A DNA stretch of 64,000 bases, taken from an uncultured Pseudomonadota bacterium (GTDB taxonomy: Bacteria; Myxococcota_A; Polyangia; Fen-1088). Positions 50,801 to 58,441 of the stretch are shown one piece after another. Below the pieces are notes generated by a model that worked only from the letters and a program-made list of their open reading frames with translations, made no database searches and was not told the DNA's origin. Numbering within the stretch: the stretch's first letter is position 1; each line of letters begins with the position of its first letter. The position numbers were made by a program, and so were the translations under genes. The stretch lies in NCBI GenBank assembly GCA_963847705.1, contig CAWKBC010000034.1:227902-291901 (forward strand). Reading direction: 5' to 3'.

Positions 50801-51958
50801 GCCAGCCTGGCGCGAAAAGCGGGGGGCGCCGGCTATCAGATGACCGGCACCGTGGCGGTCAAGGAGATCCCCGTCTACAGCGAGGGGCAGGTGCTGGCGC
50901 ATCTTTCACTGAACGCGGCGCTGTCGGGCAACTCCGGCGGCCGCGGGGACGTGGCCGACGCAAAGGTGGAGGTCGAGGACGCGCACGTGAAGCTCTCCGA
51001 CGAGAAACGGCGCAAGCTCCAGTCGCTGCGCACGCCCGACGACGTGGTGATCGTCGACGACGGCCGCCCGATCGACCGGGTCCAGGCGAAGAAGCTGAGG
51101 ACGGTGGCCGGTCGCATCGCCCCCCCCGCGCCCTTGACGACGACGACGGCGGGGACGACCCCGACCGACAGCGGAGAGAGCGCGCCGCCAGGTGTCCTCC
51201 TCTGGAAGCGGATCACCATCGCCGTGACGGCGCCCCACAAGCTCTGGGTGAGCGGCAGCGGCGCCGCGCTGGAGCTGGGGCTGGCGCCTGACTTCCGGAT
51301 CGTGCTCGCCGACGAGACCCACCTGCACGGCGAGGTGATCGTGCGGCGCGGGCGGGTCGACGCCCTGGGCCGGCGCTTCGACCTCAAGGCCGACTCCTCG
51401 CTGCTGTTCGAAGGGGCGCCGGACCATCCGACGCTGGACGCGACGGCGCAGTATCAGGACAACGACGACAACGTCACCGTGCTGGTGACCGCCAAGGGGC
51501 CGATCGATCACCTGACCATCGATGTCAGCTCTCCCAATCGGCCCGACCTGAATCAATCGCAGCTCTACACGCTGATCATCACCGGCCACCTGCCGTCGAC
51601 CGGGGCCAGCAGCGGCGGCCTGGGCGCCACCGCTCAGAACGAGGCGGCCTCGCTGGTCGCCGGCGTGATCGCCGGTTCGTTGCAGCAGACGCTGTCCAAA
51701 CACCTGCCGCTCGACGTGCTCACCATCGACACCGGCGGAGGCCAGGGGCTGACGGGGACGCAGCTCGAAGCCGGCCGCTACGTCACCGACAGGCTCTACG
51801 TCGGCTACGTCGGACGGATCGGCGCCGATCCGGCGCTGTACCAGAATCGGAACGCCGTCCACCTCGAGTACCGACTGACCGAGCGCTGGCAGATCGCCGG
51901 TGAGTACGGCGACGTCGGGACCGGCTCCGCCGACTTGATGTGGAAAAAGAGTTACTGA
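47804..51958 (+). CDS. Translocation/assembly module TamB-domain protein
   Basis: TTG overlaps the tamA-like stop; N-terminal TM; DUF490-type C-terminus (LEAGRYVTDRLYVGY..LEYRLT..SADLMWKKSY). Confidence 0.9.
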   Translation: MRALRIAGVTILVVLAIALLAIGGLWTFAQTDRGGETIRRIAVEKADAQIAGQLSVERLRFGGDRLTLDGVVLRDPEGAEVARVDGIDVTFSVFALLRRHVDLRRLEIRRPELRLVLGERASDASNLARALAPAHPSKAQQPEASAPGTRGSNITVDLRALAVSGGTLTVRSSAPEVHVGAIALEGSAHYDGPGQNLQTDLRLTTDAGRVDAQGAVDLDKLRAPPSGLAVRVRQLDLAKLMRDTPVTAIDLDVNTRGEHLDADLRANAPGATVNGHGALDDGRVEARARIEATDLAATARSLARCHLAPPIVMAGQGRIDVELSGPLARPSLRVAGRVPQLTIEHNSVRGLTVSATLPRLDAPTAIDLDLKATYARLSGRELRGLDATVRATGPLIQADVQVAKPYPLALAAVGHRLSPWSVEIGELMLRYPEATWKLAQPTRIALRGERASISGLDLRAHGQGVRADLQKGPRGGKLHLIVSHLDLAKLPRPLRSPALAAAGAVDLDLDLQFSPARLEGSVAARALGNTVDAKFDLPASWPPTRSLKEKDARLKLDLTTSEIDLAAVARTVAGVTGQRSSLDPHGRIQLSATVDGDAARPRVDLELKGRSLQLAGRALGELDVALHGNDDRPLTLAVHAAPPGVPPAELQATTPLSLRALLRRPPSVATLARTPFEINGHVAKVPLTTLGKMVGHPVFSGGTISLQLAARGSATDPTGTLGIDLAGASGRRFPATDARIELKVDRKSTEANVRVVRLGHPLLALETRFGAGLAALEDQSRLADAPLSLRAVVGPLEMKRLGLPGDPSVSARKDAMHGTLHADLSVDGTLRAPRLQAHVQASDLKLDQTPIGYAELEAHYADSKSRVTARAVSANGGQATLEASATVDLGLPAILARRLEPEQWPFDLRLQAQKLDLRGLSGLTTTLRRAGGLFDADLTAHGNIHDPRFTGHAACNRCALELAGVGDFREIHLAIHGDTDKIVLDELSAKESDGDGRITASLARKAGGAGYQMTGTVAVKEIPVYSEGQVLAHLSLNAALSGNSGGRGDVADAKVEVEDAHVKLSDEKRRKLQSLRTPDDVVIVDDGRPIDRVQAKKLRTVAGRIAPPAPLTTTTAGTTPTDSGESAPPGVLLWKRITIAVTAPHKLWVSGSGAALELGLAPDFRIVLADETHLHGEVIVRRGRVDALGRRFDLKADSSLLFEGAPDHPTLDATAQYQDNDDNVTVLVTAKGPIDHLTIDVSSPNRPDLNQSQLYTLIITGHLPSTGASSGGLGATAQNEAASLVAGVIAGSLQQTLSKHLPLDVLTIDTGGGQGLTGTQLEAGRYVTDRLYVGYVGRIGADPALYQNRNAVHLEYRLTERWQIAGEYGDVGTGSADLMWKKSY

Positions 51959-51964
51959 GCCGAG

Positions 51965-53389
51965 TTACTGAGCGCGCGCCTGGGGAAGCGCCCGCGAGCC
52001 GCCCGGCGTGGCGACGCCGGTTGGCGCCGCCGGCAGCTCGACCCTGAACGTGCATCCCACGCCGGGAACGGAGCGGACACCTACCCGACCGCCGTGCGCG
52101 TCGGCGATTCGCTTGACCGTGGCCAGCCCGAGACCGATGCCCGGCTGGCCGCTGTTCAGACCGCGCACGTAGGGCTCGAACACCTGCTCGCCCAGCTCCG
52201 GCGGCAGGCCCGGACCGTTGTCCTCGACCTCCATCCGGACGCGCGCCCCGTGCCGATCCGCGCACGACGACGCGCGCACGACGATGCGTGGAGAAGGGAC
52301 ATCGCCCGCATACTTGATGGCGTTGCGCAGGAGGTTGGAGACCAAGCTCGCCAGAACGCCCGGGTTGCAGGCGACCTTCCCCGGTGCGACGACCTCGGAG
52401 ACGATGGAGATCTCACGCTCTCGTTCTCCCTGACCAGCCGCGATCTCCTTGATGGCCCCGGCGATCACCTCGGCGACGTCGGCCTCGGCGCCGGGCTGCG
52501 GGCGGGCGCCGGCCCGCGCGAAGGCCAGCAGGCCGTCGGCGATCAGTCGCGCGCGCATGATCCCCGCGCGTCCCGATTCGATGGCCCGCGCGGCGCGCTC
52601 GGGTGAAGCGGTGCCGCGGGCGAGCAGATCGAGCGCCAGGTTGGCGGCCGACAGCGGCCCGACCACGTCGTGCGCCACCCGTCCGGCGAACGCCTCCAGC
52701 TCGTCGGCCCGCTGTTCGAGCAACGCCGTGGTGCGCCGCACCAGTCGCCAGGCCAAGGACCCGGCGAGCAACGTCAACAGCACGCAGATCGCGTCCAGCA
52801 CGATCGCGTTGACCACCGATTGCCGCCCCAGCCTGCCGATGGTTCGCCCCAGCTCGCCGCCCCTGGCGGCGTTGAACTCGATGAGGCGCAAGGCGGCCGC
52901 ATCAAGGCGATTGGCCGCCGGCTGCAGCTCGTTCTTCAGCACGGACCGCACCTGCATGCGATCGGGGTCCCGCTCAATCTGCTCCAGCCGCGCGATCGCC
53001 GTCACCAGATCCCCCTGCGCCTGCTCGGCCGCCGGAACCAGGTCGGCTTCCAGCGGAGAGCTGGGCAAGGCGCGGTAGCTGTTCCAGTCGCGCTCGAGCG
53101 CGGTGAGGGCGGTGTCGATCCGCTGGCGTTCGAACGGGGGACTGCCCTCCAGCGCCGCGTCGAGATCTCCGTCGCCGAGCAGGGTGATCCGGCGCAGATC
53201 GGCGCGCAGCAACGACAGATGCTCGACGCTCGGCGAGGTGCCCCGGGCGATCTGTTCGGCGGCCCTCCGGATGCCGATGTCGCTCCACTCGGCGACCGCG
53301 GTCGCGGCCATGAAGACCGCCGCGACCACGGCAAAGGCAACCAGCAGCGTGCGGCCGGATGAGTCGAGCTTGTTACGATCGGGCCGCAC
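51965..53389 (-). CDS. Membrane sensor histidine kinase (four-helix periplasmic sensor)
   Basis: Two TMs; AGRVAHD, NLLRNAIKY, EDNGPG and GIGLGL. Confidence 0.9.
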   Translation of the reverse strand: MRPDRNKLDSSGRTLLVAFAVVAAVFMAATAVAEWSDIGIRRAAEQIARGTSPSVEHLSLLRADLRRITLLGDGDLDAALEGSPPFERQRIDTALTALERDWNSYRALPSSPLEADLVPAAEQAQGDLVTAIARLEQIERDPDRMQVRSVLKNELQPAANRLDAAALRLIEFNAARGGELGRTIGRLGRQSVVNAIVLDAICVLLTLLAGSLAWRLVRRTTALLEQRADELEAFAGRVAHDVVGPLSAANLALDLLARGTASPERAARAIESGRAGIMRARLIADGLLAFARAGARPQPGAEADVAEVIAGAIKEIAAGQGEREREISIVSEVVAPGKVACNPGVLASLVSNLLRNAIKYAGDVPSPRIVVRASSCADRHGARVRMEVEDNGPGLPPELGEQVFEPYVRGLNSGQPGIGLGLATVKRIADAHGGRVGVRSVPGVGCTFRVELPAAPTGVATPGGSRALPQARAQ

Positions 53390-53506
53390 CCGCTCGGTCT
53401 AGCAGGCGGGCGCCCGCCCGCAACTCGGGTCGAGCCCTCGATTCCCGCGCGCGCCCAACGATGCCGCAACCCACCTCCAAGGAATGGTAGAAGCCAGACA
53501 TTCGCC

Positions 53507-54244
53507 ATGGCACGAATTCTGGTCGTCGAGGACGAGAAGGACCTGCAGGAGGTCCTGAGCTACAATCTGCGCCAGGCGGGCCACACCGCGATCGTCGTGG
53601 GCGGCGGGCGGGACGCGCTGGGTGCGGTGACCGAGCACCGACCCGATCTGGTCCTGCTGGATCTGATGCTCCCGGACGTGTCGGGCGTGGAGATCTGCCG
53701 CCGCCTGAAGGGCAACGCGGAGACCAAGGACGTCCCCATCGTGATGGTGACGGCGAAGGGGGACGAGGTCGACCGGGTGGTGGGGTTCGAGCTGGGCGCC
53801 GACGACTACGTGGTCAAGCCCTACAGCCTGCGCGAGCTCCTGCTGCGGGTCGACGCCGTGCTTCGCCGCACCACGCCCGTCCAGGCCGGCAGCGCGCGCG
53901 GCGTGCTGGTCTTTGGCAAGCTGCGCGTCGATCGCGACGCGCACCGGGTCTGGGTGGACGGCGAGGAGGTGACCTTGACCGCCCTCGAGCTGCGCCTGCT
54001 CTCGACGCTCCTCGAGCGCCGCGGGCGCGTGCAGTCGCGCCCGGCCCTGCTCGACGACGTCTGGGGAATGAGCGGCGAGGTCACCACGCGCACCGTCGAC
54101 ACCCACGTCAAGCGGCTGCGCGAGAAGCTGCTGAGCGCCGGCCCCTACATCGAAACGGTGCGCGGGGTCGGCTATCGCTTCACGCCGGCGCCCGACCACG
54201 CGGCGGCCACCGGCGACGGGGCCGACCACGACGACGAGCCATGA
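53507..54244 (+). CDS. phoB: PhoB-like OmpR-family response regulator
   Basis: Receiver plus winged helix (LT.LE.RLL, SR..LLD.VWG, RTVDTHVKRLREKL, IETVRGVGYRF); coupled to a PhoR-like kinase and near PstS-like and porin genes. Confidence 0.8.
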   Translation: MARILVVEDEKDLQEVLSYNLRQAGHTAIVVGGGRDALGAVTEHRPDLVLLDLMLPDVSGVEICRRLKGNAETKDVPIVMVTAKGDEVDRVVGFELGADDYVVKPYSLRELLLRVDAVLRRTTPVQAGSARGVLVFGKLRVDRDAHRVWVDGEEVTLTALELRLLSTLLERRGRVQSRPALLDDVWGMSGEVTTRTVDTHVKRLREKLLSAGPYIETVRGVGYRFTPAPDHAAATGDGADHDDEP

Positions 54245-56034
54245 GGCTCAACATCCGCGGCAAGCTGTTCGCCGTCTCGCTGGGCCTGATCGGGGTCTCG
54301 ATGCTGGCGGGCGAGATCTATCTTCGCCCGACGGTGGAGGCTGACCTGCTGGATCGGATCCGCGATGATCTGTTCGCGCGGCTTTCGCTGGTCGAGCACG
54401 CCGCCCAGGGGCAGCCCGACCTCGACCGCGCCCATTGGGACGCCCTGGCCGACGAGCTCGGACCGCTGGCCCACGGGCGGGTCACCTTCATCGGCGCCGA
54501 CGGCGTGGTCCTCGGCGATTCGCAGATCTCGCTGGAAGGGCTGGCGCAGGTGGAGAACCACCGCGACCGCCCCGAGGTGGCGGCGGCGCTGGCGGGGGGC
54601 GAGCGGTCGTCCACCCGCAACAGCGCCACGGTGCACGAGCGGCTGATGTACGCGGCGGTTCCGCTGGCGCTGCCCGGCGGGGCGCGGGGCGCGGCCCGTC
54701 TGGCCGTGCCGCTCGACGAGGTCGACGCCGCCGTCAGCAAGCTGCGCCACATCTTGTGGGCGGCGCTGGGGCTGGCGCTGATCGTGGCGGTGGTGCTCTC
54801 CAGCGCCGCCGCGCAGATGCTCTCGCGCGCGCTCGGCCGCATGACCGAGGCGGCGCAACAGATGGCCGCCGGCGATCTGGCGGTGCGGACACGCCCCTCC
54901 GGCACCGACGAGATCGCCGATCTGGGACGGGCGCTCGACGCCATGGCCGGGAACCTGGCCAGCACGCTCACCGCGCTCCGCACCGAGCGCGATCTGCTGG
55001 AGGTGATCCTGCAATCGATGCAGGAGGGGGTGCTGGTGCTCGACCAGGACAGCCGCATGCTGCTGGTGAACCCGGCCTTGCGCGCCACCTTCTCGCTCGG
55101 CCCCGACGCCGAGGGGCGGGCGGCGCTGGAGCTGATCCGCAACGCCGAGCTGCAATCGATCCTGGAGCGCGCGCGCAAGGGGAGCGGCGCCGTCACCGGC
55201 GAGATCGAGATCACCGGCCCCAAGCCACGGCGGCTGCTCGTTCACGCGGCGTCGCTGCCCCCGCTCAACGCGAGGTCTCAAGGCCTCCTGGCGGTGTTCG
55301 TCGACGTGAGCGAAATCCGGCGCCTGGAGACGCTGCGCAAGGACTTCGTGGCCAACGTCTCGCACGAGCTGCGGACCCCGATCACCGCCGTGCGCTCGGC
55401 CGTCGACACGCTCCGGCTGACGCTGGAGCGTGATCCGGGCGCCTCGGATCGCTTCATCGACATCATCGACCGCAACGCCCAGCGCCTCGGCGCGCTGGTC
55501 GAGGATCTGCTCGATCTGTCGCGCATCGAATCGAAGGAGTACCGGCCCGACGTGGCGCCGGTGCCGTTGCGCGCCGTCTCCGAACAGGTGCTCTCCCTCC
55601 TGCGTCCGCGCATCGAGGAGAAATCGTTCGACGTGGTCAACGAGATCGCCGCCGACCTGCCGTCCGCGCGTGCCGATCGCAAGGCGCTCGAGCAGGTGTT
55701 CACCAACCTGCTGGACAACGCCATCAAGTACTGCGGCTCGGGCACCCAGATCCGCCTGCGCGCCCGGCTGGCGGCGCCGGGGAACGCCCTGCGGGTCGAG
55801 ATCGCCGACTCCGGCCCCGGCATCGAGCCGCGCCACCTGCCGCGCCTGTTCGAGCGGTTCTACCGCGTCGACAGCGGCCGGTCGCGCGACATGGGCGGCA
55901 CCGGGCTGGGGCTGTCGATCGTGAAGCACCTGGTCGAAGCGATGGGTGGAACGCTCGGCGTCGAGAGCATCCCCGGCCGCGGCGCCACCTTCTGGTTCAC
56001 CCTCCCCGTGGGGTCATCGCAAGCGCTCGGGTGA
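54241..56034 (+). CDS. phoR: PhoR-like sensor kinase (TM-sensor-TM-HAMP-PAS-HisKA-HATPase)
   Basis: RRLETLRKDFVANVSHELRTP, HLPRLFERFYRVDSGRSR..GGTGLGLSIVKH. Confidence 0.82.
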   Translation: MRLNIRGKLFAVSLGLIGVSMLAGEIYLRPTVEADLLDRIRDDLFARLSLVEHAAQGQPDLDRAHWDALADELGPLAHGRVTFIGADGVVLGDSQISLEGLAQVENHRDRPEVAAALAGGERSSTRNSATVHERLMYAAVPLALPGGARGAARLAVPLDEVDAAVSKLRHILWAALGLALIVAVVLSSAAAQMLSRALGRMTEAAQQMAAGDLAVRTRPSGTDEIADLGRALDAMAGNLASTLTALRTERDLLEVILQSMQEGVLVLDQDSRMLLVNPALRATFSLGPDAEGRAALELIRNAELQSILERARKGSGAVTGEIEITGPKPRRLLVHAASLPPLNARSQGLLAVFVDVSEIRRLETLRKDFVANVSHELRTPITAVRSAVDTLRLTLERDPGASDRFIDIIDRNAQRLGALVEDLLDLSRIESKEYRPDVAPVPLRAVSEQVLSLLRPRIEEKSFDVVNEIAADLPSARADRKALEQVFTNLLDNAIKYCGSGTQIRLRARLAAPGNALRVEIADSGPGIEPRHLPRLFERFYRVDSGRSRDMGGTGLGLSIVKHLVEAMGGTLGVESIPGRGATFWFTLPVGSSQALG

Positions 56035-56150
56035 AAAGCCAGCGATCGAACTTCCTTGAATCGTTGAACTGCCGCGCCGCGGCTATTTTGTAACATATTT
56101 GTTGCACGGCCGTATCGCGACCGTGGCAAGGTGAGCCCTCCTTTCAGCAC

Positions 56151-56798
56151 ATGTCGGTCGCCAAGCGCACGCTCCGAAGAGTCATCAGCTCATGGCTGAA
56201 CGGCGGGAGCGAGCCGCCCCAGCTGCTGCGGCGCTGCGAGACCTGCGGCGAGAAGTGCTGGCGTCCCCTCGACGCCTCGATCAAGCACGTCGAGGTCGAC
56301 GCGCGGCTGGCCAACGGAGCCCGCGCCGATCTCCTCCTGACCGACAATCGCGGCGGCGTCCAGCTGGTGATTCAGCTGGACGGCGGCAGCCGCCTCCCCA
56401 ACCGGATCGATCCGCGCGCCGGATTGCCGCTGGTGGTCCTGCGCGCCGCCACGCTCGACGCCGATCCCGCGCGCTGGGCGGCGCTGCGCGAGTTCAGCAT
56501 GCCGGCCTGGCGTTGCCGCTGCGCCGGCACCCGCTCGCTCTCGGTCGACGACGACTTCTCGCTGCGCGCGATCGGCTGTCCGATTCACCTCCGCCACGAC
56601 GGCACCCAGCACTTCGCCCGCGTCATCGAAGACTGCGGCCGCTGTGCCTTCTTCGTGGGGATCGGTTATGTCGGCGCCGATCGCCGCCGCATCCAGCTCC
56701 GGTGCGGATTCGGTGCGCCACCTTCGGAACGCCGACCACCCGCGCCCGCTCCGCTGATCGAGCTCGGCCCACGTCTCCAAATCGTGGCCGGATCGTAA
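56151..56798 (+). CDS. Cys-rich hypothetical protein, possibly Zn-binding
   Basis: CxxC-x3-C, CxC, GCP.H and CxxC; GC3-biased codons. Confidence 0.65.
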   Translation: MSVAKRTLRRVISSWLNGGSEPPQLLRRCETCGEKCWRPLDASIKHVEVDARLANGARADLLLTDNRGGVQLVIQLDGGSRLPNRIDPRAGLPLVVLRAATLDADPARWAALREFSMPAWRCRCAGTRSLSVDDDFSLRAIGCPIHLRHDGTQHFARVIEDCGRCAFFVGIGYVGADRRRIQLRCGFGAPPSERRPPAPAPLIELGPRLQIVAGS

Positions 56799-56850
56799 CC
56801 GCCTCTCTCCGCGCGTTCGGCCATCATGCTGGACAGGAGACGACGCGGAG

Positions 56851-57408
56851 ATGTTCGATTTCGACGTACTCAAGATCAGCGAGGCGCCCGACGGTGAAGA
56901 GCCCAACGGTGAGGAGATGGACGGCGCGCGCGTGCGCAGCAGGAAGTCCGTTCTCGGTCTGCACACCTTGCGCCTCGACGTGCGCGTCACCGACGTGCCG
57001 CGCGGACCGGCGCTCACGCTGTCGCCTGAGGCCGGCCTGGCCTCGGCGATCGAGGCGATGCGCCAGCGGGCCCGCGGGGCGGCGGTGGTGGTTCAGAACC
57101 ATCGCCCGGTCGGCGTCGTCACCGACCGCGACATCCTGACCCAGGCCTGCGCCGAGCTCGACGACCTGCGCGCTATCCCGATCAGCTCGGTGATGTTGCC
57201 CTGCGCGGAGCCGCTCTGCGAGACCGACACGGTGGGGTCGGCGCTCCGAAGCATGTGCGCGCGGCGCCAGTGGTACCTGCCGATCGTCTGCAGCCGGGGG
57301 CTCTTCATCGGAGCGCTCGACATCGCGGATATCTCGCTGTGGCTGCGCGATCGCTTGACCATGATTTCAGTCGACGCCGCGTTCGCCGGCGTCGACGCCA
57401 GCCTGTAG
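56851..57408 (+). CDS. CBS domain pair protein
   Basis: AIEAM....GAAVVV....PVGVVTDRDIL, then a second CBS (AL..M......LPIV...G..IG.L...DI). Confidence 0.8.
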   Translation: MFDFDVLKISEAPDGEEPNGEEMDGARVRSRKSVLGLHTLRLDVRVTDVPRGPALTLSPEAGLASAIEAMRQRARGAAVVVQNHRPVGVVTDRDILTQACAELDDLRAIPISSVMLPCAEPLCETDTVGSALRSMCARRQWYLPIVCSRGLFIGALDIADISLWLRDRLTMISVDAAFAGVDASL

Positions 57409-57409
57409 T

Positions 57410-57472
57410 CCGATAGGGGTTGGGCCCGATAGGGGTTGGGCCCGATAGGGGTTGGGCCCGATAGGGGTTGGG
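57410..57472. repeat. 4 x 16-bp tandem repeat CCGATAGGGGTTGGGC (G-quadruplex-prone)
   Basis: Units at 57410, 57426, 57442 and 57458 (last is 15 nt), starting 2 nt after the CBS gene stop. Confidence 0.93.
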
Positions 57473-57560
57473 ACAGAGAAGAGACACCCGGGAGCGGCGC
57501 GCGAGGAGGACGTCGAGGAGAGGGGGGCGCGCCGCCCCCGGGGCTCGTTTGCCGCGAGCG

Positions 57561-58202
57561 TCAGAGCGTGTCGGACTTCGTATCGGAGTTGCCCCCCGAG
57601 GTCTTGTGCGCCTCGGCGTCGCCCAGCTCCTTCGCGCAGCGGGCAATCCGTTCGAAGATCTGGCGGCGCTCGTCGGGGCTGAGAACGCCGTCGCAGTTGT
57701 GCAGGATGCTTCGCGAAAGCTCCAGGCAGTCGCGCCACTCGCCGCGCGCCAGGTGAAGGTCCGCGTAGCGGTTCCAGACCCGAAACTGATCGCGAAGCCG
57801 AATCCACTCCGGCGGCAGGTGCATCTCGACCGGGCTCGCCCGCCGCAGCACGGCCCCCACGCGCAGGATCAGCTCGCGCATGCTGAACGGCTTCACCACG
57901 TAGTCATCGGCGCCGAGCGCCAGTCCCCGCACGCGGGCGTCCGACCCACCCATCGCGGTGAGGAACACGATCGGCACGCGGCGCGTCTCGGGCATCGCGC
58001 GCAGGCGCCGGCAGATCTCCACCCCGTCGATGTCCGGCAGCATCTGGTCGAGGAGGACGAGATCGGGGCATTGCCGCTCGACCTCGGCCAGCGCCTGCGC
58101 GCCGGTCAGCGCCCCCACGGCCTCGTAACCGGCGCTGCGCAGCCCCTCCCGCACGGCCTCATTGATGTCCGCGTCGTCATCCACGACCAACACCCTGAAC
58201 AT
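57561..58202 (-). CDS. Response regulator with PhoB-like receiver and non-wHTH helical C-terminus
   Basis: VLVVDDD, PDLVLLDQMLP and GADDYVVKPF; the C-terminal ~85 aa lack winged-helix motifs. Confidence 0.85.
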   Translation of the reverse strand: MFRVLVVDDDADINEAVREGLRSAGYEAVGALTGAQALAEVERQCPDLVLLDQMLPDIDGVEICRRLRAMPETRRVPIVFLTAMGGSDARVRGLALGADDYVVKPFSMRELILRVGAVLRRASPVEMHLPPEWIRLRDQFRVWNRYADLHLARGEWRDCLELSRSILHNCDGVLSPDERRQIFERIARCAKELGDAEAHKTSGGNSDTKSDTL

Positions 58203-58236
58203 CCTGGTGAGCCTACCCGACTCCACTGAGTCGTGG

Positions 58237-58254
58237 GTGACGGAACTGTGACGC
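58237..58254 (-). promoter_or_regulatory. Pho-box-like direct repeat facing the response regulator gene
   Basis: Minus strand GCGTCACAGTTCCGTCAC: GTCAC twice at 11-bp period, 12/18 match to CTGTCATAWAWCTGTCAY. Confidence 0.5.
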
Positions 58255-58293
58255 CGCCGGACGAGGTCGAAGCCGGTCTGGCCGAGGTCGAAG

Positions 58294-58320
58294 CCGTTAC
58301 TGAACCGTCACCGAGGTGTC
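58294..58320 (+). promoter_or_regulatory. Pho-box-like direct repeats facing the PstS-like operon
   Basis: CCGTTACTGAACCGTCACCGAGGTGTC: GTTAC/GTCAC/GTC at 58296, 58307 and 58318; first 18 nt match consensus at 12/18. Confidence 0.55.
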
Positions 58321-58441
58321 GGACGAGCCACACAGCCGCAACACTTCATTCCAGGATTTTGATCGGCGTTGACCCCGTTGCGTGCGCCGGGATACGGCTG
58401 CTGGCGCACCACAAAAACCAATGATTTATCGGAGGCCATCA

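Noticed and set aside
57410-57472. Possible CRISPR array
   Set aside because: Contiguous 16-bp units with no spacers and no cas genes.
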